A stretch of DNA of 62,027 bases from an uncultured Eubacteriales bacterium (GCA_900547725.1 URHR01000003.1:1-62027); one strand, 5' to 3'. Positions 8,750-18,003 are shown, counted from the stretch's first letter. Translations and numbers: made by a program. Notes: generated from the letters alone by a model not told the origin.

Positions 8750-10078
8750 ATGAAAAAAGTATTGCAATACGGCGAGGGAAATTTCCTCCGTTCGTTTGTG
8801 GATCTGTATTTTGAAACCCTGAACCGCGAGGGCGGGGAATGGGCGGTGGAGATTGTCAAGCCGATTCCCTTCGGCTCTCTGGACACCTTTGCGCGACAGG
8901 AAAATCGCTACCATGTGATTCTGCGTGGCGTGAAGGACGGGAACGCCGCCGAGACGGTTTACCCCGTTTCGGTTGTGGAGCAGGCGATCTCTCCGTTTGA
9001 CGACTTCCCCGTATATGCGGCGTTGGCGGCCGACCCCGCGCTTGCCGTCATCGTCTCCAACACCACCGAGGCGGGCATCTGCTACCACGAAGGGGACAGC
9101 TTTGACGGCTTTGCGGAGATTACCTATCCCGCCAAGCTGACAAAATTCCTGTATGCGCGGTTTCGGGCGGGGCTTCCGGGTGTGTATCTGCTCCCCGTGG
9201 AGTTGATCGGAAACAACGCCGACGAGTTGTTCCGCTGCGTGGAGAAGTACATCGACCTCTGGCAGCTGCCAGAGGCGTTCCGCGAATGGAACCGCACCGA
9301 AAACTTCTACTGCAATACGCTGGTCGACCGCATCGTTTCGGGCTTTCCGCGCGACGAGGCTTTCCGCGAAAGGCTTTGGAAACTGGTTGGGGAGCGGGAC
9401 GATCTGCTGTCGGTTGCCGAGCCGTTCGGGCTTTGGGTCATCGAGAACAAAGGAAAGATCGCCGATCTGCTCCCCGCAGGACACCATAACATTGACATCA
9501 TCCTGACCGATGACATTGCCTACTACAAGAAGCGCAAGGTGCGGGTGCTCAACGGCAGCCACACGAATCTGGTGGCGGCCGGACTCCTGTCGGGCGCAGA
9601 GACGGTCTACGACTGCATGACAAACGAAACGCTTTACCGCTTCTTCCGCGCATCGCTGGAGGAAATCGTTCCGTTCGTTTCCTCCGACCGCAGCATGACC
9701 GAGCGATTTGCCGCCGATGTGGAAGAGCGCTTCCGCAACCCGTACCTGAACCATCAGCTGACGAGCATTGCACTCAACAGCATTTCCAAGTGGCGGGCGA
9801 GAGTCCTGCCAACCTTCCGCGATTTCTTCGCCGCAAACGGGCGGATTCCCGAACACCTGACGGTCGGCTTCTCCTGCCTGATGCACCTGTATCGAACGAA
9901 GTATGCGGAACTGAAGGACGATGCGGAGGTGCTGTCCTTCTTCGCATCGGGCAAACCGCTGAAGGACTTCCTGTCCGACCGCACGGTCTGGGGCGAGGAT
10001 CTGACCGCTTACCCGCAGTTCCTTGAAACCGTGACCGCGCAGACCGAACGGCTGGCGCGCGGGGAGAGTCTGCTATGA
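8750..10078 (+). CDS. uxaB: Tagaturonate reductase (altronate oxidoreductase)
   Basis: ORF 8663..10078. I moved the start to ATG 8750 (AAGGAGA lies 9 nt upstream). Blocks QYGEGNFLRSFVD, SNTTEAGI, YPAKLTKFLY, NTLVDRIVSGFPRDE, RKVRVLNGSHT and RFRNPYLNHQL align with E. coli UxaB as I recall it. Confidence 0.9.
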   Translation: MKKVLQYGEGNFLRSFVDLYFETLNREGGEWAVEIVKPIPFGSLDTFARQENRYHVILRGVKDGNAAETVYPVSVVEQAISPFDDFPVYAALAADPALAVIVSNTTEAGICYHEGDSFDGFAEITYPAKLTKFLYARFRAGLPGVYLLPVELIGNNADELFRCVEKYIDLWQLPEAFREWNRTENFYCNTLVDRIVSGFPRDEAFRERLWKLVGERDDLLSVAEPFGLWVIENKGKIADLLPAGHHNIDIILTDDIAYYKKRKVRVLNGSHTNLVAAGLLSGAETVYDCMTNETLYRFFRASLEEIVPFVSSDRSMTERFAADVEERFRNPYLNHQLTSIALNSISKWRARVLPTFRDFFAANGRIPEHLTVGFSCLMHLYRTKYAELKDDAEVLSFFASGKPLKDFLSDRTVWGEDLTAYPQFLETVTAQTERLARGESLL

Positions 10079-11481
10079 CAAAAGACGGACTGTTGGTCAT
10101 CAACCCGCGCGATAACGTGGGCGTAACGCTGACCGCGCGCGGAGAGATTCCCGCAGGGCATAAGATTGCACTGCGCGACATCGACGAGGGCGAAGCGGTC
10201 ATCAAATACGGCGCGGTCATCGGCAGGGCAACAAAGCCGATTCACGCGGGCGAGTGGGTGCATACGCACAATCTGCGCACCCATCTGGACGAGGCGCAGA
10301 CCTATCCCTACGAGCCGAAGCCGACGGAACAAGCCCCCGCACAGCATGGAACGTTTCAGGGCTTTCTCCGTCCGGACGGTCGGGTCGGAATCCGCAACGA
10401 GATTTACATCATTCCGACGGTTGGATGCGTGAACGGAATCTGCAAACGCTTGGAGCGTGTGTCGCAGAAGCTGATCAGGGGGTCATTGGATGGCATCTAT
10501 GCCCTGACCCATCCGTGGGGATGTTCCCAACTGGGGCAGGATGCGGCAAACCTGCGGGAACTGCTCTGCTCGATTGCGCGCAACCCCAATGCCGCGTTTG
10601 TCCTGTTTGTGGGGCTTGGCTGTGAGAACAACCGCCTGTGCGACATCCGCGAGGAACTTTCCGACCGCGACAATGTTGCCTACCTGACCTGTCAGGAGGT
10701 GGAGGACGAACTGACCGAAGGCTATCGGACGCTCTGCGATTTTGCCGACCGCGCGGCGGAACTGTCGCGGGAAACGGTGGGATTGGAGCAACTCTGCATT
10801 GGTCTGAAATGCGGGGGAAGCGACGGCTTTTCGGGACTGACCGCCAATCCGCTTGTCGGGCAGATGTCCGACCGTCTGGTCGCCTGCGGCGGGCGCGCGG
10901 TTCTGACCGAAGTGCCCGAGATGTTCGGCGCGGAACAGCGGCTGATGAACCGTTGCCGCGACCGCGAAACCTATGCGCGCTACTGCAGGCTGATTACCGA
11001 TTTCCGCGATTATTACACGGCGCAGGGCTTTCCCGTTTACGAAAATCCCAGTCCCGGAAACCGCGCGGGCGGGATTACAACACTGGAGGAAAAGTCTCTC
11101 GGTTGCATCGAAAAGGCAGGGCATACCGCAATCTGCGACGTTCTGCCCTATGCGGGGCGCGTGAAGGAATCGGGAGTCAGCGTATTGAACGCGCCGGGGA
11201 ACGACCTCATCGCCGCAACCGCGCTTGCCGCCGCAGGATGTCAGCTGGTGTTGTTCACAACAGGCAGGGGTACGCCGTTTTCTACCTTTGTACCGACTCT
11301 GAAAATCGCAACCAACAGCGCACTTGCCCAAAAGAAGTCCGGTTGGATTGACTTCAACGCCGAGCCGATGGATGCGGACGCGCTCTGGTCGCTGATCCTC
11401 CGCACCGCAAACGGCGATTATCGAGCGAAAAGCGAAGATTTACGGGAAATCGCGTTTTTCAAAACAGGCGTCACGCTGTAA
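10075..11481 (+). CDS. uxaA: Altronate dehydratase
   Basis: 468 aa. It has an N-terminal SAF-like start (NPRDNVGVTL...GHKIAL) and the length and Cys-rich core typical of UxaA/GarD. Its ATGA overlaps the uxaB stop. Confidence 0.88.
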   Translation: MTKDGLLVINPRDNVGVTLTARGEIPAGHKIALRDIDEGEAVIKYGAVIGRATKPIHAGEWVHTHNLRTHLDEAQTYPYEPKPTEQAPAQHGTFQGFLRPDGRVGIRNEIYIIPTVGCVNGICKRLERVSQKLIRGSLDGIYALTHPWGCSQLGQDAANLRELLCSIARNPNAAFVLFVGLGCENNRLCDIREELSDRDNVAYLTCQEVEDELTEGYRTLCDFADRAAELSRETVGLEQLCIGLKCGGSDGFSGLTANPLVGQMSDRLVACGGRAVLTEVPEMFGAEQRLMNRCRDRETYARYCRLITDFRDYYTAQGFPVYENPSPGNRAGGITTLEEKSLGCIEKAGHTAICDVLPYAGRVKESGVSVLNAPGNDLIAATALAAAGCQLVLFTTGRGTPFSTFVPTLKIATNSALAQKKSGWIDFNAEPMDADALWSLILRTANGDYRAKSEDLREIAFFKTGVTL

Positions 11482-11510
11482 ACTATCAGAACAACCCAAA
11501 GACAGAAGAA

Positions 11511-11598
11511 TCCCCCTTTGATGAAAGTTCCTGAAAGTCTTGAAACCTTCTTGGGGGAAGTTTTCAAGCAGGGTTTGGGGCAAAGCCCCAAGGTCTTA
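11511..11598 (+). repeat. SD-abutting double-hairpin leader element, copy L1 (partly decayed)
   Basis: ...AGCAGGGTTTGGGGCAAAGCCCCAAGGTCTTA is followed directly by AAAAAGGAGAAACC-ATG of uxaC. The architecture matches 29306..29401, 60364..60457(-) and 61955..62027(-). Confidence 0.7.
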
Positions 11599-11612
11599 AA
11601 AAAGGAGAAACC

Positions 11613-13007
11613 ATGAGTTACCTGAAACGAAATTTTTTGCTGTCCAACAAGACGGCGGAGCGACTGTACTTCGACTATGCCGAGGGGATGCCGGTTTTTG
11701 ACTACCATTGCCACCTGCCCGAGAAGGAAATCCTTGAAAACAAGCCGTTTGACGACATTGCAAAAATCTGGCTTGGCGGCGACCATTATAAATGGCGGCT
11801 AATGCGGAATTACGGCGTGGACGAGGACTGCATCACGGGCAACCGTCCGTGGGCGGAGAAGTTCGGGGCGTATTGCCGCGTGCTCGGCACTGCCTACGGC
11901 AACCCGCTTATGCATTGGTCGCAGACCGAACTGGAAACCTATTTCGGCTGTACGCTCGAGATTAACGAAAAGAACGCCGGGAAAATCCGCACACAGTGCA
12001 ATGCGTATCTGAAGGAGCATCAGGTCACGCCGCAGATGCTGATCGAGCAGTCGGGCGTAAAGCGGGTGTTTACCACCAACGAAATTTTCGACGACCTTTC
12101 AACCTTTGAAGCCATCGCAAAGAAGGGCTACGCCTTCAGGGTCACGCCCGCATTCCGCGCGGATAAGATCATGAACGCCGAAGCCGAAGCGTACCCGTCC
12201 TACATCGACCGTCTGGCAGGGCTGTGCGGGAAGATCGCCAATCTGGATGACCTCGAACGAGCCGCAGAACAGCGCCTGCAGGCGTTCATCGCGGTCGGCA
12301 CTTGCGCAAGCGATACCGCACTCGAAAGCGTTTATCCCATCGCAGACCGTGCCGAAGCGGATCGCATCTTCCGTGCCGCGAGAGAAGGAAGGGGCATCAG
12401 CGCGGACGAGGCGTGTCGCTTTAAGGGGTACTTCACCTACTTCCTGCTCGGTCTGTACGCGAAATACGACATCCGGAGCGAGTTGCACATCGGCGCAATG
12501 CGGAACAACAACACGCGAATGTTGGAAAAACTCGGCTTGGATACCGGTTACGACAGCATTGCACAGGACATCGGCATCAAGGAGCTGTCGCGCCTGCTGG
12601 ATCGGTTGGAGCGGGAAGGCAGACTGCCGAAAATGGTGATCTTCAACCTCAATCCCGCGATGAACACAGAAATTCTGACATTGCTCGGCTGTTTCCAAAG
12701 CGGGGAGGCAAAGGGCAAACTGCAATACGGCGCGGCTTGGTGGTTCCTCGACAACAAGGAGGGGATGGAGAAGCACCTGCGCGATCTGACCTCGCTCGGG
12801 CACCTCGCAACCTTCCTCGGTATGCTGACCGACAGCCGCTCGTTCCTGTCCTACCCCCGCCACGGGTACTTCCGCCGCATCCTCTGCAACTTCCTCGGCA
12901 CGTTGATGGAAAACGGGGAGATGACCGATGACATCCAAGCCGTCGGCGAGGTGGTAAAGGATATCTGCTACCGCAACGCAACCGCGTGGTTCGGGGTTGA
13001 TGGCTGA
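11613..13007 (+). CDS. uxaC: Glucuronate/galacturonate isomerase
   Basis: 464 aa. The N-terminal FLLSNKTAERLYFDYAEGMPVFDYHCHL signature is that of UxaC. Confidence 0.9.
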   Translation: MSYLKRNFLLSNKTAERLYFDYAEGMPVFDYHCHLPEKEILENKPFDDIAKIWLGGDHYKWRLMRNYGVDEDCITGNRPWAEKFGAYCRVLGTAYGNPLMHWSQTELETYFGCTLEINEKNAGKIRTQCNAYLKEHQVTPQMLIEQSGVKRVFTTNEIFDDLSTFEAIAKKGYAFRVTPAFRADKIMNAEAEAYPSYIDRLAGLCGKIANLDDLERAAEQRLQAFIAVGTCASDTALESVYPIADRAEADRIFRAAREGRGISADEACRFKGYFTYFLLGLYAKYDIRSELHIGAMRNNNTRMLEKLGLDTGYDSIAQDIGIKELSRLLDRLEREGRLPKMVIFNLNPAMNTEILTLLGCFQSGEAKGKLQYGAAWWFLDNKEGMEKHLRDLTSLGHLATFLGMLTDSRSFLSYPRHGYFRRILCNFLGTLMENGEMTDDIQAVGEVVKDICYRNATAWFGVDG

Positions 13008-13033
13008 AATTCGCAGAGAAAGAGAAACCCCAA

Positions 13034-13633
13034 ATGCGGAAACCGAATGATCTGACTGACGAAATCAAAGTTTTGCCGGTTGCGGTGATTCACAGCGCGG
13101 GCGAAACGAAACCGATGCTGGAGGCGCTCCGTGACGGCGGCATCCCGGCGGCGGAGATCACCTTCCGAACCCCCTGCGCGGCGGAAGCCATCCGCATCGG
13201 CTGCAAAGCCTTCCCGGATATGCACATCGGCGCGGGGACGGTGATCAACACAGAACAGGCAAGGACCGCCATCGCGGCGGGGGCGGAATTTGTCGTGTCT
13301 CCGGGGCTGAGCGCGGGGGTTGCGGAGGTCTGCCGCGCGGCGGGCGTTCCGTACTATCCCGGCTGTGTGACCCCGACCGAAATTATGGCGGCGCTGGAAC
13401 TTGGCATCACGACCGTCAAGTTCTTTCCTGCGAATGTCTACGGCGGCTTGGCAAGCATCAGGGCGCTGTCGGCACCTTTCCCGCAGGTGAAGTTTCTGCC
13501 CACCGGCGGAGTTGACCTTTCCAATCTGGCGGAGTACCTTGCGTGTGACCGCGTTGCTGCGGTTGGCGGCAGCTTCATGATGAAGGGGGACATCCGCGGG
13601 AACTGCCGGAGAATCCGGGAGGTGATCGGATGA
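13034..13633 (+). CDS. kdgA: 2-dehydro-3-deoxy-phosphogluconate (KDPG) aldolase
   Basis: 199 aa. Motifs AAEITFRTP, GAGTV and VKFFPA are present, and it lies in the uxa-kdg context. Confidence 0.85.
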   Translation: MRKPNDLTDEIKVLPVAVIHSAGETKPMLEALRDGGIPAAEITFRTPCAAEAIRIGCKAFPDMHIGAGTVINTEQARTAIAAGAEFVVSPGLSAGVAEVCRAAGVPYYPGCVTPTEIMAALELGITTVKFFPANVYGGLASIRALSAPFPQVKFLPTGGVDLSNLAEYLACDRVAAVGGSFMMKGDIRGNCRRIREVIG

Positions 13634-14652
13634 AAATCGTAACCTTTGGCGAACTGATGATGCGCCTGACCCCGCCCGGCTATGCGCGCCTGACGCAGGC
13701 AAGATCGTTTGAGGTCACCTTCGGCGGTGCAGAAGCGAATGTGGCGGTGTCGCTTGCCTGCATGGGCGAGGATGCGGAGTTCGTTTCCAAAATTCCGGCA
13801 AACGACATCGGTCAGGCGGCGGTCAACAGTCTGCGCGCATGGGGCGTGGGAACTGCGCATCTGCTGCGCGGCGGCGAGCGGCTGGGAACTTATTACATGG
13901 AGCGCGGCGCTTCGCAAAGACCTTCCAAAGTGGTCTACGACCGTGCCGGTTCGGCGGTTGCGCTGGCAAAGGCGGCGGAATTTGACTGGGCGAAAATTTT
14001 TGACGGCGCAGACTGGTTTCATCTGACCGGCATCACCCCGGCGCTGAGTGTGGAACTGGCGAATGCCTGCGAGGACGCCTGCCGCGCGGCAAAGCGGAAG
14101 GGAATGACCGTTTCGTTCGACCCCAACTACCGCGCCAAGCTCTGGAGCGTGGCGGATGCGGCAAAGGCAATGCGGCGGTATCTGCCGTATGTCGATGTGC
14201 TGATTACGAACGAAAATCAGGCGGCGGATCTGTTCGGGGTGCGTATTCCGGCAGGCGAGGTGTCGGGTGACGATGTGACCGAGCGCGGCTATCTGGCGCT
14301 TGCCGAGGGCATGAAGGCGCTGTATCCGCGTCTGCGCTATGTGGCGCTGACCGAGCGGCGCACCTTTTCGGCAGAGGTCAACAGCTTCTGCGCAAAGCTG
14401 TATGACGGGGAGAACCTGTACAGCTCGGAGAAATACCGCATGGAGATTGTCGACCGGGTCGGCGGCGGGGATGCGTTTGCGGCAGGATTGATCTATGCCC
14501 TGCGGAACGGGAAGAATGCCCGGGACGCGGTGCGGTTTGCAGCGGCGGCAGGCTGCCTGAAGCACACGGTGGAAGGGGACATGAACCCCGCAACCGTTGC
14601 CGAGATCGAGGCGCTTGCAAACGGCAACGCAACCGGGCGCGTGCAGAGATGA
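13630..14652 (+). CDS. kdgK: 2-dehydro-3-deoxygluconokinase (PfkB family)
   Basis: 340 aa. Motifs MKIVTFGELMMRL, GGAEANVAVSLA and VGGGDAFAAGLIYAL are present. Its ATGA overlaps the kdgA stop. Confidence 0.85.
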   Translation: MKIVTFGELMMRLTPPGYARLTQARSFEVTFGGAEANVAVSLACMGEDAEFVSKIPANDIGQAAVNSLRAWGVGTAHLLRGGERLGTYYMERGASQRPSKVVYDRAGSAVALAKAAEFDWAKIFDGADWFHLTGITPALSVELANACEDACRAAKRKGMTVSFDPNYRAKLWSVADAAKAMRRYLPYVDVLITNENQAADLFGVRIPAGEVSGDDVTERGYLALAEGMKALYPRLRYVALTERRTFSAEVNSFCAKLYDGENLYSSEKYRMEIVDRVGGGDAFAAGLIYALRNGKNARDAVRFAAAAGCLKHTVEGDMNPATVAEIEALANGNATGRVQR

Positions 14653-14733
14653 AACGGGAGAGAGGCACGGCATCCCGCGCCGGCAGTACAGGCGACAGCG
14701 GCAGACGCAATCGGTTTCCGACCCGTATCCATA

Positions 14734-14776
14734 CGAAAAAGGGCAGAAGTGCGCTGATTTTACGCGCCTTCTGCCC
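14734..14776 (-). terminator. Hairpin with a U-run on the minus strand (putative terminator)
   Basis: GGGCAGAAG(T)GCGC pairs with GCGCCTTCTGCCC (14741..14776). The minus strand continues with TTTTTCG. On the + strand no T-run follows. Confidence 0.45.
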
Positions 14777-15114
14777 TGAAAAACGGGAACGGACTTTCTG
14801 ACCGTTCCTACGTCACGTCCTCACTGTCCCCATTCCCGATTGCCTCCGAGAACCTTCCCGGTTCGGTTTTGGGAAAGATGAAAAGTGAAAAAAACTTCCT
14901 GTGCGAAACTCAGGAAGGCAGCCTGTAGACCAAAAGGCTGTCGCATTGATCAAGTACCCGCTTATATGGTATCTTATTCGCCTTCCTCTTCAAAAAAACT
15001 CTCGCCCCGCTTTTTGTGCTTCGGTGTGAGTGGTTTTGGAGTCTGCAGGTTGAGCCGGGCGGTTGAGGCCGTCCGGCTTTTGCGGTTGTCGGAATGATGT
15101 CGGCTCTCTGCCTG

Positions 15115-15834
15115 TTACAGCGCGTTCAGAATGGTTCGGGCAATGATGCGGTGTCCCTCGTTGCCGGGGTGGAGACGGTCGGTGTTGACGTTGCTGAAAT
15201 AGGCTTGCGCGCTTCCGTCAAAGAGCGGGAACAGACCGCTGTTGCGGTACAGGTCGATCAACTCAACCGACCAGATGTCCGCCGCCTGCCGCTCCGCGCG
15301 GATGTATTCATCCAGGAAGTGCCCCGATTTGTTGGAATAGAGCTCGTTCGGCTGAATGTTCGTTCCGCCGAAGTATGCATAAGCCCGGTGAAGCGGGGTC
15401 ATCAGGATGACCCGCTTGTTGTAGTACTGCCGCTTTATCCGCTCAAACACGCGGTTGAGCCTGCCGCAGAAGGTGGCGTTATCCATGATGAATTCCCGCT
15501 TGGCGCGGGTCGAGAATTCCGTGAACACACCGTCCGCATTGCTGTTGCAGGGAAACGGCTCGGAATGCACGGTCCAGAAATCTCCGATCGGAACGCCCGC
15601 ATTGAAATCGTTGGTTCCGATGAACACAAACAGCGTGGTGAAGCGGATTCCAACCTCCGCGTCCATCCGATCCATCTGATCAAACAGCCCCGTGGTCTGC
15701 GCGCCGTTCTTTCCGTAGCGGTAGACCGGAATTCCGGTCGCCTCATGAATAAAATCGATGTATGTTTTGGTCGCTCCGACCCCCTCGGTGATGCTGTCAC
15801 CCAAAAAGCAGAATGTTTCTCCGATTCCTGTCAT
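15115..15834 (-). CDS. SGNH/GDSL-family hydrolase
   Basis: 239 aa. It has block I FLGDSITEG, a GTNDF block, and a C-terminal DRLHPGNEGH (D-x-x-H). Confidence 0.75.
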   Translation of the reverse strand: MTGIGETFCFLGDSITEGVGATKTYIDFIHEATGIPVYRYGKNGAQTTGLFDQMDRMDAEVGIRFTTLFVFIGTNDFNAGVPIGDFWTVHSEPFPCNSNADGVFTEFSTRAKREFIMDNATFCGRLNRVFERIKRQYYNKRVILMTPLHRAYAYFGGTNIQPNELYSNKSGHFLDEYIRAERQAADIWSVELIDLYRNSGLFPLFDGSAQAYFSNVNTDRLHPGNEGHRIIARTILNAL

Positions 15835-16027
15835 GCCAAATTACTCCTTCTTTTTTTGTTCGTACAAAGTATAGCATAATGTTGCGTTCAAATCAAGTGG
15901 TTTTCGGTCAAAAGATCTGAAAAAACGGACTTTTTGGTTCTCTGTCTGCTTTCTCTTTGCCGGCTGCCGGCTGACAACAAAACAATAATTTACAAAAATA
16001 AATTCGAACTGGTCTAAATCATTATAT

Positions 16028-16053
16028 TATTTGCCGAAAGAATATGATACAAT
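16028..16053 (+). promoter_or_regulatory. TG-extended -10 promoter candidate with shared motif TATTTGCCGAAAG (locus A)
   Basis: TATTTGCCGAAAG (16028..16040) is identical to 41887..41899 upstream of locus B. TG-A-TACAAT lies at 16045..16053. No good -35 is present. Confidence 0.4.
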
Positions 16054-16163
16054 ACAGGTAAAGCAAGCATGTATGACCGTAAAAAGTGCCCCGGCAACCG
16101 CAACCGGGTGTCTCTTGCGGACGGTCTGACGTCTTGCGAAAAAACATTCAAGGGTGGAGGGAC

Positions 16164-17849
16164 ATGATGAAAAGATTGCTATCTGTATGCTTGACCTTTT
16201 GTATGCTCTTTGGCACGGTCTTCGGACTCTCGCTTCTGACCGAAGCCACCGGATCTGCGGTTTGGGATGGCAGTGCGGACACCTCATGGTACAACACGAC
16301 CGATACCGTTTTTACCCTGACCGACGGTGCCGACCTCGCAGGTTTTGCGGCGATTGTAAACGGCACGGCAGAAGGAATTGAGCAGACTAATTTCGAAGGA
16401 AAAACCGTGCGTCTCGGCGCGGATATCGTTCTGAACGATGGCGATGCAAAGACATGGGGAACATCGGCTGCGGGACTGCAGGCGTTTCCGATGATCGGAA
16501 ACCTGAAGGGATCGACTTATGCAGAAACCGATGAGCCGAAATATTTTGCGGGCGAATTTGACGGGCAGGGATATACGATCTCCGGGCTGTTCATCAATCA
16601 AAAAGTGAATTCCCGCGGCGAGGGGTCGGCACTGTTTGCAGCTGTATACGGTTCGGCAAGCCTGCATGATTTTTCCCTTGTCAATTCGTACATCAGGAAT
16701 CCCAACAACTATGCGGCAGCGGCAATTACGGCATATGTAATGCCGAAATCCTCCGCTGAGGCGGACGCGTTCCATATCTATAATATCTATACCGATGCAA
16801 TCGTAACCGCATCGAACAATAAGAACTTTGGCATTGGCGGCATTGTCGGACGGATCGGATATGCCTGGAGCGATGCAAAGATCAACGACTACAACACAAT
16901 CTCCTCCTGTGTGTTTGCGGGGACGATCATTCACACCGGCACGGGGCTTGCCAATGCAGGCGGAATCATCGGGGATGTCTATGACCATGGCGTCAATGTT
17001 TCGGACTGCCTGAATCTTGGAATCGTACAGAGCGTCAACAACGGAAACTACATTGGCGGCATTGTCGGAAGAGGAAATCCGAATAACAGTAAAATTACGG
17101 TAACAAGTTGCGTAAATGCGGTTACGCCGGATACCGCAAACGCAACGGCAGCCGAAATTCTTTCCATGGAGAACAAATCGCCCCGCCCGGATTTTGCAGT
17201 GAAGGATTGCTTCTATGTGGGAAACAAATATGCGGTCAACCGCGCAACGACGGATCTTGGCGCGAAATTTCCGAAGGTGATTACCGCAACCAAAGTCACC
17301 GCAGAGCAACTGACCGGGCTTGGTGTTTCCGGGGAGATCACCTCCGGACTGAGCGGATGGATTCTGCGGGACGGACAGGTGATGATTCCTGCGGGCGCGG
17401 CGGCGGTTGTTCCGTCCGAACCGTCCCATTTCGCACCGGTCACGGAGGGCGGCGTGGCGTTCCGCGGCGTACAGAATACCGAGGCAAAGGATGGAAGCTT
17501 CAACCTCCGCTTCATCGGAACGGTGGATTCCCTGCATTATTCCGTTCTCGGGTATGATTTATCCTGCACTTGGGCGGAGGGCTCGAAGCCGGAGGCGGAG
17601 TTTACGACCGATACTGTTTACAAGACCATTACCGCAACCGAGAACGGAATGACAAAGCAGTACACGGCAGAAGGTTTTTCGGCAGAATATATCTGGGCGG
17701 TGACAGTGGCAGGCATTCCGGCAACCGGTGACATGACCTTTACCGTCAAGCCTTTTTCCTGTGATCTGGAAGGAAACAAGACCACGGTCGGCGTGTACAC
17801 ACTGGTTTATCGGGACGGACAGTTTGTCAGCCTGACCCGACAGAAATAA
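16164..17849 (+). CDS. Secreted GLUG-repeat protein, paralog 1 (C-terminal beta-rich domain)
   Basis: ORF 16086..17849. I moved the start to ATG 16164 (GGTGGAGGG upstream), giving the signal peptide MMKRLLSVCLTFCMLFGTVFG. It has WDGSADTSWYNTTD..LAGFAAIVNG, FAGEFDGQGYTISGL, and repeated GGI[VI]G....C units. Confidence 0.7.
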   Translation: MMKRLLSVCLTFCMLFGTVFGLSLLTEATGSAVWDGSADTSWYNTTDTVFTLTDGADLAGFAAIVNGTAEGIEQTNFEGKTVRLGADIVLNDGDAKTWGTSAAGLQAFPMIGNLKGSTYAETDEPKYFAGEFDGQGYTISGLFINQKVNSRGEGSALFAAVYGSASLHDFSLVNSYIRNPNNYAAAAITAYVMPKSSAEADAFHIYNIYTDAIVTASNNKNFGIGGIVGRIGYAWSDAKINDYNTISSCVFAGTIIHTGTGLANAGGIIGDVYDHGVNVSDCLNLGIVQSVNNGNYIGGIVGRGNPNNSKITVTSCVNAVTPDTANATAAEILSMENKSPRPDFAVKDCFYVGNKYAVNRATTDLGAKFPKVITATKVTAEQLTGLGVSGEITSGLSGWILRDGQVMIPAGAAAVVPSEPSHFAPVTEGGVAFRGVQNTEAKDGSFNLRFIGTVDSLHYSVLGYDLSCTWAEGSKPEAEFTTDTVYKTITATENGMTKQYTAEGFSAEYIWAVTVAGIPATGDMTFTVKPFSCDLEGNKTTVGVYTLVYRDGQFVSLTRQK

Positions 17850-17862
17850 GGAGGGGAGACTT

Positions 17863-18003
17863 ATGAAAAAGCAATATTCGGCACCTGAGATGATCTGTCA
17901 CAACATGGAATGGACGGATATTCTGACCACTTCCCTCAATTCCCAAACATCCGGGGAGGGGAAATCCTACAACTTTAACGAATGGGGGATAACATCGTTA
18001 TGA
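17863..18003 (+). CDS. 46-aa micro-ORF (small acidic hypothetical protein), family member 1
   Basis: It is not in the ORF track (<60 aa). GGAGG lies 8 nt upstream of ATG 17863. The product is MKKQYSAPEMICHNMEWTDILTTSLNSQTSGEGKSYNFNEWGITSL. Its TGA (18001..18003) overlaps ATG 18000 of the next gene. A same-length, same-motif partner lies at 43453..43593. Confidence 0.55.
   Translation: MKKQYSAPEMICHNMEWTDILTTSLNSQTSGEGKSYNFNEWGITSL

Noticed and set aside
14885-15097. A 70-aa + strand ORF in the kdgK/SGNH spacer.
   Set aside because: It has a GTG start without an SD, a basic low-complexity sequence, and overlaps hairpin structures. It is probably non-coding.
16086-16163. Upstream extensions of ORF-track entries (16086, 17982, 8663, 32741, 35442, 36809, 38986, 40295, 41963, 43581, 25546, 46383, 19496).
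   Set aside because: The extended N-termini have no SD and often use non-ATG starts. They also bury obvious signal peptides or lipoboxes, or conserved enzyme N-termini. Internal ATGs with GGAGG-type SDs, or ATGA overlaps with the preceding stop, fit better.
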